Assembly: GCA_017451735.1 (NCBI GenBank) | Contig: JAFTNU010000034.1 | Location: forward strand, 3,519-67,518 | Length of the DNA: 64,000 nucleotides | Direction: 5' to 3' | Source: Clostridia bacterium | GTDB taxonomy: Bacteria; Bacillota; Clostridia; Oscillospirales; CAG-272 | Shown: in pieces, positions 19,162 through 27,814 of the stretch | Layout: each line of letters opens with the position of its first letter | Numbering within the stretch: the stretch's first letter is position 1 | Translations under genes and position numbers: made by a program | The notes under the pieces: model-generated | The model's database searches: none | What the model saw: only the letters and a program-made list of their open reading frames with translations | Told to the model about the DNA's origin: nothing

Positions 19162-20436
19162 TTAATACATTGTCACATATGCTTCGCGCTCGGCACCGAC
19201 GGAGACATACTTGATCTTACATTCGACCAGCTCCTCCAGCTTTTTGACATAAGCAAGGACCTCTTTTGGCAGATCCTCCTTGGTGCGGCACTTGGTAATA
19301 TCACAGTTCCAGCCGTCTACATACTCGATCACAGGCTTGGCAATGTTCAGCGCCTCACCGGTGGGGAAGTCAGTGGTCAGCTTGCCGTTGACATCGTAGG
19401 CGACGCAGATCGGGATTTTCTTCATATAGGAAATAACATCGGTTTTGGTCAAGGCGATCTCATCGGCACCCTGAACACGGCAACCGTAGCGGGATGCAAC
19501 CACATCGAAGGGACCGACACGGCGGGGGCGACCGGTAGCAGCGCCGTATTCGCCGCCTGCGGCACGGAGCTCTTCTGCCTCGTCACCAAACCACTCTGCA
19601 GTGAAGGGACCTTCACCCACACAGGTGGAATAAGCCTTCATAACACCGACCACACGGTCCAGCTTTACTCCGGGGATGCCGGCACCGATAGGGCCGTATG
19701 CGGCAATGGTAGAGGAGGAAGAGGTGTAAGGATAGATGCCGAAGTCGATATCACGCAGGGCACCGAGCTGTGCCTCGAACATGATGCGCTTGCCTGCCTT
19801 AACGGCCTCGGTGAGGTAGACACCGGTATCCACGATATAATCGCGGAAGATCTCGGCGTACTTTTTCAGCCAAGCAAGCAGTGCCTCGTAATCCAGGGGC
19901 TCTGCCTTATAAACACCCTCAATGGTAAGCGTTTTGTAGGCAACAATGCCTTTCAGACGCTTTGCAAGGTAATCCAGATCCAACAGATCGCCGGCGCGAA
20001 TGGCTTTTTTCATGTATTTATCGCCATAAACGGGGGCGATACCGCGACGGGTGGAGCCGTATTTTTCACCGGCCAGGCGCTCCTCCTCCAGACAGTCGAG
20101 CTGTACATGGTAGGGAAGGGTGAGAATGGCGCGATCGCTGATCTTCAGATTCTTGGGCGAGATCTCGATACCGCCCTCGCGCAGACGGGCAGATTCCTTA
20201 TCCAGGTGCTCCAGGTCGATTGCCATGCCGTTACCCATAACGCAAACCACCTCGGGGCGAAGAATGCCCGAAGGAAGCAGGTTCAGAACGAACTTGCCGC
20301 GTTCGTTGATAACAGTGTGACCGGCGTTGTTACCGCCCTGATAGCGGACAACGATATCTTGTTCTTCGGAGAGCAGGTCGACCATACGGCCCTTGCCTTC
20401 ATCTCCCCAGTTGATGCCGACGATTGATGTGAGCAT
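19162..20436 (-). CDS. purA: Adenylosuccinate synthase
   Basis: VGINWGDEGKGRMVD and QGGNNAGHTV motifs. ATG 20436 lies 4 nt after GGAGGTGG. Confidence 0.93.
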   Translation of the reverse strand: MLTSIVGINWGDEGKGRMVDLLSEEQDIVVRYQGGNNAGHTVINERGKFVLNLLPSGILRPEVVCVMGNGMAIDLEHLDKESARLREGGIEISPKNLKISDRAILTLPYHVQLDCLEEERLAGEKYGSTRRGIAPVYGDKYMKKAIRAGDLLDLDYLAKRLKGIVAYKTLTIEGVYKAEPLDYEALLAWLKKYAEIFRDYIVDTGVYLTEAVKAGKRIMFEAQLGALRDIDFGIYPYTSSSSTIAAYGPIGAGIPGVKLDRVVGVMKAYSTCVGEGPFTAEWFGDEAEELRAAGGEYGAATGRPRRVGPFDVVASRYGCRVQGADEIALTKTDVISYMKKIPICVAYDVNGKLTTDFPTGEALNIAKPVIEYVDGWNCDITKCRTKEDLPKEVLAYVKKLEELVECKIKYVSVGAEREAYVTMY

Positions 20437-20508
20437 GATGCCACCTCCAACAGTATTTCGGGTTGCGATTTTGCCATACAAAAAGGCTTGTATCGCGTCA
20501 ACATTTCT

Positions 20509-20537
20509 ATTATAACAAATTTATGCGCCGCTTTCAA
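20509..20537 (-). promoter_or_regulatory. Putative sigma-A promoter of purA (TTGAAA-17-TGtTATAAT)
   Basis: Minus strand has TTGAAA (20537-32), a 17-nt spacer ending in TGT, and TATAAT (20514-09). Confidence 0.55.
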
Positions 20538-20604
20538 CTAAAATCGGCAAATTTTTTAAAAATTATTTTAAATATAGAGACAACGGGGGAATATAGGCCT
20601 ATTT

Positions 20605-21375
20605 TTATTGATTTTGATGCAAAATTTCAAATGCCATGACTGTGGCGGCGGAAGCGGCGGAAAGAGAACCGCGGAAGTCTCGTCCGTAGTCGATGCGTAC
20701 CACCTCGTCGGCAAGAGAGAGCATTTCGGCGGAAATACCGCGCTTCTCACCTCCCACGACCAAAAGCAGAGGCTTTTTGAGCTCGGCGTCGTAAAGGCTG
20801 ACTGAATTCCGAATCCCCGCGCAGATCACCCGATAGCCCATGTTTTTCAGTGTTTTAACGGCAGATAGAGCATCTCCCGACCAAAGCGGCATGGATTCCG
20901 AGGCGCCGGCCGAGGCTCTGGCTACCACGCCTGCGGCGCTCATCCAGTTACGCTCACCGAGAAGAACGCCGTCACATCCCGCCGCATAAAGGGATCGCAG
21001 GGCATAGCCAAAGTTATAAGGATCCTCGATGCCTTCCATCAAGCAAAGAAAGCCTTGACGGGGAAGGGTATCTTCTGTAGGAAGAGGGAGTGTGCGATCG
21101 CCGCAAAGGGCGACGATACCGCCATGGGTATTACCGATACAGATTTTTTCCAATTCTGCCGTATCGGTCAGCCTGAGCGGAATTTGCATTTCTTGACATT
21201 TTCGTTGAAGAAAGGAAAATTCCCGAAGCTTCTTGGGCTTTTTGCTGCGATCAAAACGGATCTCCAGGATCGGGCGGTCGTTATGTCCCGCCTCGATGGC
21301 GGCGATCAACGCCGATACCGAGGTCATTCCTTCAAAAATATTGGAGGCTATTTGTCTGTTTTCTTCCTTTATCAT
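20605..21375 (-). CDS. TrmH/SpoU family RNA 2'-O-methyltransferase (RlmB-like)
   Basis: EGIEDPYNFGYALRSLYAAGCDGVLL, VVGGEKRGIS and SLSAASAATVMAFEI (SpoU methylase motifs 1-3). Confidence 0.8.
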   Translation of the reverse strand: MIKEENRQIASNIFEGMTSVSALIAAIEAGHNDRPILEIRFDRSKKPKKLREFSFLQRKCQEMQIPLRLTDTAELEKICIGNTHGGIVALCGDRTLPLPTEDTLPRQGFLCLMEGIEDPYNFGYALRSLYAAGCDGVLLGERNWMSAAGVVARASAGASESMPLWSGDALSAVKTLKNMGYRVICAGIRNSVSLYDAELKKPLLLVVGGEKRGISAEMLSLADEVVRIDYGRDFRGSLSAASAATVMAFEILHQNQ

Positions 21376-21443
21376 ATATTATAACACCTTTTGGTTCTTT
21401 GATCGGCGTAGCCGGCATAGTATGAAAGGGAAGAGTCCTTTCA

Positions 21444-21451
21444 CATACAGT
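21444..21451 (+). promoter_or_regulatory. Sigma-E-type -10 element (CATACAGT) upstream of spoIIID
   Basis: Exact match to the mother-cell -10 consensus CATACAnT, 45 nt before the spoIIID ATG. I found no well-spaced -35. Confidence 0.3.
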
Positions 21452-21495
21452 ATAGCAGATTTCTTCCAATATTTCAACAGAGAAAAGAGAGAATC

Positions 21496-21789
21496 ATGGT
21501 ATATTTCAAGCATCAAAGCGCTCCAATCAAACGATGTGAATTGCTCGGGAATTATATCGTGGAACACAGTGCCACCGTGCGGGATGCGGCGAGGCATTTC
21601 GGAATCAGCAAAAGCACGGTACATAAAGATGTGACAGTAGAGCTTCGTACGGTAAATCTGACTCTTTATGAAAATGTTTACGAGGTTTTGCAGAAAAACA
21701 AAGAGGAGCGGCATTTGCGCGGCGGCGAGGCAACGCGAAAAAAATATTTAAAGAGCGCAAGGCAGAAACCCCAACAGAATGAAAAATAA
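21496..21789 (+). CDS. spoIIID: Sporulation transcriptional regulator SpoIIID
   Basis: AARHFGISKSTVHKDV HTH and C-terminal RHLRGGEATRKKY match SpoIIID closely. Confidence 0.85.
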   Translation: MVYFKHQSAPIKRCELLGNYIVEHSATVRDAARHFGISKSTVHKDVTVELRTVNLTLYENVYEVLQKNKEERHLRGGEATRKKYLKSARQKPQQNEK

Positions 21790-21878
21790 GCGGCCTTTGT
21801 AAAAGCCGCTCTGATAAAATTACTAAGGAAAAATTAAAAAGGATCATCAGGGCGTACTCCAATGATCCATATACAACA

Positions 21879-21904
21879 TTATACAAAATATAAATTTTGT
21901 ATAA
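21879..21904. repeat. Perfect 11-bp AT-rich inverted repeat
   Basis: TTATACAAAAT - ATAA - ATTTTGTATAA, inside the AT-rich spacer. Confidence 0.8.
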
Positions 21905-22425
21905 AAAAGGGAAGCGAAAACAGGAAAAACGATCAGTTTGTACCGAATGTTTGCCGTAGACGCCTTATGAGATGTTGATATAGCCTCTGTGCGATTATTT
22001 TAAAAAATTCTCGGATAGCGACACTTTCTATTTAATGATATTTCTTGTTTGGCATGAAGTCCTTGCTTTGAGTAATCAAAATTTTTCCTTTCAACGGACT
22101 CTCCATCGTCTGCAAGAAAAATTTTGGCTCACAGAGACCAACTTTTTTAAAGCAAAAAATTCAACCCTATAATCGGTTGTTCACATTGAAGATTTATTTT
22201 GGCCCATAGGCATGAATCCGGCGAAGAAGCTTGGACCAAATCAATTGATTGCTACACAAATCGCAATATATAATAATGTAGATATAAGTCCATTAAAATT
22301 TACGATTTTGAAATTGTTGACAAAGCAACAATTTGAAATAGGGGATTCGAAACAAGCATTTTGTATAAAAACGGGACATGGAAACTGGTTAAAGTTACAA
22401 AAATTATTTTTTTGCCAAAAAAGAT

Positions 22426-22455
22426 TTGATTTGCCCTACCCTGCTATGTTATACT
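22426..22455 (+). promoter_or_regulatory. Putative sigma-A promoter (TTGATT-18-TGtTATACT)
   Basis: -35 at 22426-31 and an extended -10 at 22447-55, about 90 nt before ATG 22548. Confidence 0.5.
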
Positions 22456-22547
22456 GTAATAAATGATCCGATCATGGCAAAAGTCCTTCAAACAGACCGT
22501 CTGCGCCCCGATTTCGGGTCTAAAATTGAAATTTCGGAGGTTTTTCC

Positions 22548-22967
22548 ATGGCTATCAAAATGCGCGTTCTGCATACCGGTAAGGGCAAGGTTGCGGCTCT
22601 TGCTCCCATGATTCATCAGGAGTTTGGCCTTGATATCAACGCTACCGATGTGATCCCCCCTGCTTACTCCTGCAACAACGAACGTCTGGTCGTCCTGCTG
22701 ATTGCGACCAAGGGTGATCTGGAAAGCAAGGTGCGTTTGTTCTGCCGTGAGTTGACCAAGGCACGCGCCCAAAATGTGGCATTGGTTATCGACGGCAACG
22801 AGGCAGGTGCCAAGACCGTTAAGGATATACTGGCCGAAGCCGGCACCAATGTCAAAGATGAGGTCTTCTACGTAAAGAGTAGCTTTCTTCCCTTTCTCAA
22901 CAGCGTCAAGGACGAGGAAAAGAAAGCAGTGCTTGCTTGGGCGCATCGTATTGTTGACAGTCTGTGA
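22548..22967 (+). CDS. Hypothetical protein, possibly a degenerate flavodoxin-like fold
   Basis: GGAGG 7 nt before the ATG and a strong terminator after. Alternating beta-alpha pattern, with RVLHTGKGKVAAL in the position of a flavodoxin phosphate-binding loop. Family not recognised. Confidence 0.6.
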   Translation: MAIKMRVLHTGKGKVAALAPMIHQEFGLDINATDVIPPAYSCNNERLVVLLIATKGDLESKVRLFCRELTKARAQNVALVIDGNEAGAKTVKDILAEAGTNVKDEVFYVKSSFLPFLNSVKDEEKKAVLAWAHRIVDSL

Positions 22968-22980
22968 TTTGATTTGTTTA

Positions 22981-23016
22981 AAAAGACCGTTTCGGCATAC
23001 CGAAACGGTCTTTTTT
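22981..23016 (+). terminator. Intrinsic terminator
   Basis: AAAAGACCGTTTCGG - CATA - CCGAAACGGTCTTTT followed by TT. Confidence 0.8.
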
Positions 23017-23125
23017 GATGAATTCGGTAAATTTTTTGCAAAAATTCCACTGCCCTGTTGCTCTTTTATATATTTTATGTTATACTTAAATATAATTTTA
23101 TTCTATTTACAGAGGATATGCTATT

Positions 23126-24340
23126 ATGAAATATTTTGTTTTGATTCCGGATGGTATGGCTGACGAACCCATTGAGGCTCTTGGCGGTCAGACACCCATG
23201 CAAAAGGCCTATAAGCCTTGTATGGATGCGCTTGCCCGCGAAGCTTTGGTTGGTACTGTTTCCAATGTACCTCAAGGCATGGTGCCCGAAAGTGACACTG
23301 CCAATCTTGCCATCCTGTCTTACGACCCCAAAACCTTCTCCAAGGGTCGTTCCCCTCTGGAGGCTGTCAGCATGGGGATTGAAATGCAACCCGATGAAAC
23401 CGCTTACCGTTGTAATGTTGTCACGCTCAGTGATAACGGCGAAGACTATGACGACAAAATCATTCTCGATCATAGTGCCGACGAGATCAGCACTGCCGAG
23501 GCGGATGAGCTCATCAAGGCTCTGCAGGCCGAAATGGGCGATGAGATTAAAACCTTTCACACAGGCATCAGCTACCGTCATTGCCTGATCTGGAAAAACG
23601 GCAACGACAAGTATAATTTCAACCGCCCCCACGATATTCTGGGACAGCGGATTGGCGAATACCTCCCCCGCAAGGAGAACGGCGGAGCCGAATTTTACGA
23701 TCTGATGCGCAAGAGCTTTGATATTCTCAATCACCATCCCATCAATGAAGCCCGTCGCGCCCGTGGCTTGAAGCCTGCCAACTCGGCCTGGCTTTGGAGT
23801 CCCGGCAAAAAGCCTCAGCTTCCCTCTTTTGAGGAAAAGTGGGGGCTGAAGGGTGCGGTTATTTCCGCCGTTGACCTGATCAAAGGGATCGGCCTTTGCG
23901 CAGGTATGCGTTCTATAGATGTAGAGGGGGCTACCGGCAATTGTCATACCAATTATAAAGGCAAAGCTGATGCCGCTATCGGCGCTTTTATGGAAGGCTA
24001 TGAGTATGTTTATGTTCATGTAGAAGGCCCCGACGAATGCGGTCACCGTGCCGAGCTTGAAAACAAGGTGATGGCCGTGGAAAAGATCGACAGCGAGATC
24101 CTTTCTCCCGTGCTTGACTATCTGCGTAGCACCGGTGAGGCCTTCAAGATCATGATCCTGCCCGATCATCCTACCCCCATCCGTCTACGCACTCACACCA
24201 TTCTGCCTGTGCCCTTTATGATCTATTCCTCCGAGAAAAAATCGGATGGCGTGGAACAGTTCTACGAGGAAAGTGCCGCGGCGAAAAACAACTATCTTGC
24301 CAACGGCTATCGCCTGATGGAAAAACTGATCGCAGAATAA
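23126..24340 (+). CDS. apgM: Cofactor-independent phosphoglycerate mutase, archaeal ApgM type
   Basis: N-terminus MKYFVLIPDGMADEPIEALGGQTPMQ, HVEGPDECGH and LPDHPTP are motifs of the alkaline-phosphatase-superfamily ApgM group. Confidence 0.85.
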   Translation: MKYFVLIPDGMADEPIEALGGQTPMQKAYKPCMDALAREALVGTVSNVPQGMVPESDTANLAILSYDPKTFSKGRSPLEAVSMGIEMQPDETAYRCNVVTLSDNGEDYDDKIILDHSADEISTAEADELIKALQAEMGDEIKTFHTGISYRHCLIWKNGNDKYNFNRPHDILGQRIGEYLPRKENGGAEFYDLMRKSFDILNHHPINEARRARGLKPANSAWLWSPGKKPQLPSFEEKWGLKGAVISAVDLIKGIGLCAGMRSIDVEGATGNCHTNYKGKADAAIGAFMEGYEYVYVHVEGPDECGHRAELENKVMAVEKIDSEILSPVLDYLRSTGEAFKIMILPDHPTPIRLRTHTILPVPFMIYSSEKKSDGVEQFYEESAAAKNNYLANGYRLMEKLIAE

Positions 24341-24357
24341 AATGCAAGGAGGCTCCC

Positions 24358-24990
24358 ATGAACGAACAGCAGGAGATCAAATTTCCCTCCCCCGAAAAGA
24401 ACAAAAGTGTTGCAGCCGCATGGTTTGAATATGTGGAAATGTTCGTATTTGCGGCGATCTTTGTGATTTTATTAATGACCTTTGCCCTGCGCCTTTGTGT
24501 GGTCAGCGGTCCTTCCATGAACAACACCTTGCAGGATGGCGAACGCTTGGTCGTCTCCGATTTCTTCTATAGCCCCAAGCAGGGTGACATCATTGTATTT
24601 CACCAGACCAGCGAGGTGGACGATCGATTCAACGAGCCCATCGTCAAGCGCGTGATCGCCGTCGGCGGGCAATATGTGAAAATCGATTATCAAGCAAACA
24701 AGGTCTATGTTTCGGATGATGAGACGTTTGCCGAGAACGAGGTGTTGGACGAAAGCGACTACGCCTATTTTGCCAACCCTACCGGAGCATGGAAGGAGAC
24801 CCTTTACGTTTCCGACTCTTACAGTGCCGTTTATCAGGTACCGGAAGGATATCTCTTTGTCCTTGGCGATAACCGCAATGTCTCCGCCGACAGCCGTGAT
24901 TATCGGGTCGGTTTTGTAGACGAGCGTCGAGTTCTCGGCAAAGTCCTCTTTCGCCTGACGCCGTTCAGCGCATTCGGTAAAGTCGATTGA
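24358..24990 (+). CDS. lepB: Signal peptidase I
   Basis: N-terminal TM segment; catalytic SGPSMNNTL, KRVIAVGG and GDNRNVSADSR boxes. Confidence 0.88.
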   Translation: MNEQQEIKFPSPEKNKSVAAAWFEYVEMFVFAAIFVILLMTFALRLCVVSGPSMNNTLQDGERLVVSDFFYSPKQGDIIVFHQTSEVDDRFNEPIVKRVIAVGGQYVKIDYQANKVYVSDDETFAENEVLDESDYAYFANPTGAWKETLYVSDSYSAVYQVPEGYLFVLGDNRNVSADSRDYRVGFVDERRVLGKVLFRLTPFSAFGKVD

Positions 24991-24998
24991 GGTGACCT

Positions 24999-25865
24999 AT
25001 GCCGACAGATATTATCCAATGGTTCCCGGGGCATATGGCGAAAACCCGCCGATTGATGAAGGAAAATCTGAAAAACGTGGATGTAGTCATCGAATTGCTG
25101 GATGCCCGTATCCCGCAAAGCTCCCGTAACCCCGAAATTGAAAAGCTGACCGAGGGAAAGCCCTTGGTTACCCTGCTCAATAAATCCATGCTGGCAGATC
25201 CAGATGCCACCGAGCGCTGGATCGCATATTATAAAAATAAAGGAAGTCTTTGCCTTGCCGTAGATTGTGTCACCGGCAAGGGGATGGAACGGCTGATGCC
25301 CGCTATCCGTACCCTGCTTTCCGACAAATTGGAACGCTACGCGCAAAAAGGTATGAGCGGCCGCAAGCTCCGCGCCATGGTGGTGGGGATCCCCAACGTG
25401 GGAAAATCCTCACTCATTAACCGCCTGTGCGGCGGTAAAAAGGCAAAGGTTGAAAACCGCCCCGGTGTGACTTTGGCTCCCCAGTGGGTGACAACCTCTA
25501 TGGGACTGGATCTGATGGATATGCCCGGCGTGCTCTGGCCCCGCTTTGATGACCGTGATACAGGAGAAAATCTGGCTATTACGGGGGCCATCAAGGACGA
25601 TGTGGTGGAAATTGAAACGCTGGCCATTGCTCTTTGCCGTAAATTGCGGCATCAGTACCCTGCACTGCTGGCCACGCGCTATAAATTTGAGCCCGCACAA
25701 ATCGTAAATCTGACCGATGCGGAGCTTTTTGCGTTCATTGGCCGGAAACGCGGCTTTCTCATCAGTGGCGGTGAGGTCAATACCGAGCGCACTGCCAATA
25801 CCCTTTTGGATGAATTCCGCGCCGCCAAGATCGGTCGCATCACGCTTGATGCATTGGAGGGCTGA
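24999..25865 (+). CDS. ylqF: Ribosome biogenesis GTPase YlqF/RbgA
   Basis: IQWFPGHMAKTRR, circularly permuted GTPase motifs (LLNKSMLAD ... GIPNVGKSSLIN). Confidence 0.9.
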   Translation: MPTDIIQWFPGHMAKTRRLMKENLKNVDVVIELLDARIPQSSRNPEIEKLTEGKPLVTLLNKSMLADPDATERWIAYYKNKGSLCLAVDCVTGKGMERLMPAIRTLLSDKLERYAQKGMSGRKLRAMVVGIPNVGKSSLINRLCGGKKAKVENRPGVTLAPQWVTTSMGLDLMDMPGVLWPRFDDRDTGENLAITGAIKDDVVEIETLAIALCRKLRHQYPALLATRYKFEPAQIVNLTDAELFAFIGRKRGFLISGGEVNTERTANTLLDEFRAAKIGRITLDALEG

Positions 25866-25867
25866 CT

Positions 25868-26467
25868 ATGCTGACCTATGAATTGGAAGAAGCGCTGATG
25901 CATGAGGGATATTCCCTTGTTTGCGGCGTGGATGAAGCAGGACGCGGCCCACTTTGCGGTCCCGTTGCCGCCGCCGCATGCATACTCCCGCTCGGATTGA
26001 TCATTGAAGGCCTGAACGATTCCAAAAAGCTGACCGAGAAGAAGCGTGAAGCCCTTTATGACCTTATTTGCGAAAATGCCATTGCCTATTCGGTGGTATT
26101 GGGATCGGTAGAGGAAATCAATGAGACCGATATCCTTTCCACCACGTTGCATGCGATGCGACAGGCCATCGATTCGCTGGATCCCAAACCCGATTTTGCC
26201 TTGATCGACGGGAATATCACCCGTGGCTTTACCCTGCCCGCCCGGGCAGTAGTACACGGAGATGCCATTTCCCCCAGCATTGCCGCCGCCTCCATTCTTG
26301 CCAAGGTCACCCGTGACCGATTATGTATGGAATTGGACGCGCAGTATCCTCAATACGGCATTGCCAAGCACAAAGGATACGGCACCAAAGCCCATATGGA
26401 TGCCCTGCGTGAATACGGTCCTGCACCCATTTACCGCACCAAATTCATTCGCTTTCTTGACAAATGA
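25868..26467 (+). CDS. rnhB: Ribonuclease HII
   Basis: GVDEAGRGPLCGPV, DSKKLT and GYGTKAHMDAL motifs. Confidence 0.9.
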   Translation: MLTYELEEALMHEGYSLVCGVDEAGRGPLCGPVAAAACILPLGLIIEGLNDSKKLTEKKREALYDLICENAIAYSVVLGSVEEINETDILSTTLHAMRQAIDSLDPKPDFALIDGNITRGFTLPARAVVHGDAISPSIAAASILAKVTRDRLCMELDAQYPQYGIAKHKGYGTKAHMDALREYGPAPIYRTKFIRFLDK

Positions 26468-26865
26468 TACTGTTTGATAAAAGAGATGTGGGCGATATCG
26501 GTGAGCGCGCCGCAGCGCGTTATCTGCGGCGTAACGGTTACCGCATACTGGCCCGCAACTGCCATTTGGGCAAAAATGAATTGGATATTGTGGCAAGAGA
26601 TAAGCATTACATCGCTTTTGTGGAAGTCAAGACCTTGGCCTTTGACGATCCCGCAAGCGCCGATCGGCGTCCTTCTCTGGCTGTTGACATGGGAAAACGT
26701 CGCCGCACCGCAGAAGCCGCACGGGCTTACTTACGTATCCACCCAACAAAACTCTGTCCCCGCTTGGATGTAATCGAGGTCTATCTGGACCGCTCCCGAC
26801 GCATGAAGCCCTTCAAGATTCACCATATTCCTGCCGCCTTCTGTGCCGACGGGTCACTTCATTAA
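26464..26865 (+). CDS. YraN family (UPF0102) endonuclease-like protein
   Basis: GERAAARYLRRNGYRILARN ... ELDIVARD ... AFVEVKT. ATGA overlap with rnhB. Confidence 0.8.
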   Translation: MILFDKRDVGDIGERAAARYLRRNGYRILARNCHLGKNELDIVARDKHYIAFVEVKTLAFDDPASADRRPSLAVDMGKRRRTAEAARAYLRIHPTKLCPRLDVIEVYLDRSRRMKPFKIHHIPAAFCADGSLH

Positions 26866-27797
26866 TGCAACTGATCGATTTTCATTGCGATACCCCAACC
26901 GAGATGTGGAAAAGGAAGACGGATCTTTCAGAAAATGGTCTTATGGTCGATTTGAAAGCGGCAAGCGCCTTCCGCTCTTACACGCAACTGGCTGCCATCT
27001 TTACACCGCCAACCGTCCCCGACAGTGGCGGGATTGGCTATGTAAAAGCAGTCCTTGATTATCTTGTGAATGCCGCAAGGCGTTGCGATGCGCAGATCAT
27101 CACCAACCGTCAGTCCTTTCAATCGGCTGCCTATCACCATTTCCCTGCCTTTCTTCCAACTATAGAGGATGCACGGATTCTGGACGGTGATATTTATCGG
27201 GCCGATACGCTTTTTGACATGGGTATACGACTTGCAACGCTGACCTGGAAAGATACGAGCATCATCGGCGGTGCCTGGAATACCGATGCGGGCTTGACGC
27301 CCTTCGGTCACGAGGCGGTGGTTCGTTTTTTGAAGCTTGGCATCATTCCCGATGTTTCTCACGCTTCTCCCGCCACCGTTCGGGATGTTGCCTCCCTCTG
27401 CCGTGTCGCCGCAAAGCCGTTTGTTGCTACTCACTCCAACGCATTTGCGCTGATGCCTCACCGTCGCAATCTTGAAGATGAGCAGATCCGCGCAATCGCC
27501 CTTTCGGGCGGCGTGATCGGGGTGAATCTCTATCCCCCGTTTCTCACAAGGCAGTCCCGCGCCACCCTTGATGATGTGTCGGCTCATATCCGTCATCTCA
27601 TGAATGTGGGTGGCGAAGGCTCCATTGTGCTCGGCACCGATCTCGACGGTGTGGATGCTCTGCCCGACGGTATAGATTCCCTGTCTACCTTACCCCGCAT
27701 TGCCCATACCATGAGCAAAAGCGGTTTTACACAAGCACAGATCGACCGTTTGTTTTTTCAAAACGGTTCCCTCTTTCTTATCGAAAATCTACCTTAA
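26865..27797 (+). CDS. Membrane dipeptidase family (peptidase M19)
   Basis: IDFHCDT metal-binding start; SHASPATVRDV, ATHSNAF and GTDLDG motifs. Confidence 0.8.
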   Translation: MQLIDFHCDTPTEMWKRKTDLSENGLMVDLKAASAFRSYTQLAAIFTPPTVPDSGGIGYVKAVLDYLVNAARRCDAQIITNRQSFQSAAYHHFPAFLPTIEDARILDGDIYRADTLFDMGIRLATLTWKDTSIIGGAWNTDAGLTPFGHEAVVRFLKLGIIPDVSHASPATVRDVASLCRVAAKPFVATHSNAFALMPHRRNLEDEQIRAIALSGGVIGVNLYPPFLTRQSRATLDDVSAHIRHLMNVGGEGSIVLGTDLDGVDALPDGIDSLSTLPRIAHTMSKSGFTQAQIDRLFFQNGSLFLIENLP

Positions 27798-27814
27798 AAT
27801 AAAGGAGTTTTATC

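Noticed and set aside
20437-20508. Possible purine riboswitch in the purA leader.
   Set aside because: The leader is only ~70 nt, has a small hairpin, and lacks the conserved purine-aptamer junction sequences.
22212-22466. 84-aa ORF inside the AT-rich spacer.
   Set aside because: It has no Shine-Dalgarno sequence before the ATG, its composition simply reflects AT-rich DNA, and it runs through the promoter of the next gene. It is probably not coding.
27798-27814. Possible T-box or attenuator upstream of thrC.
   Set aside because: The gap to the upstream dipeptidase gene is only 17 nt, leaving no room for a leader.
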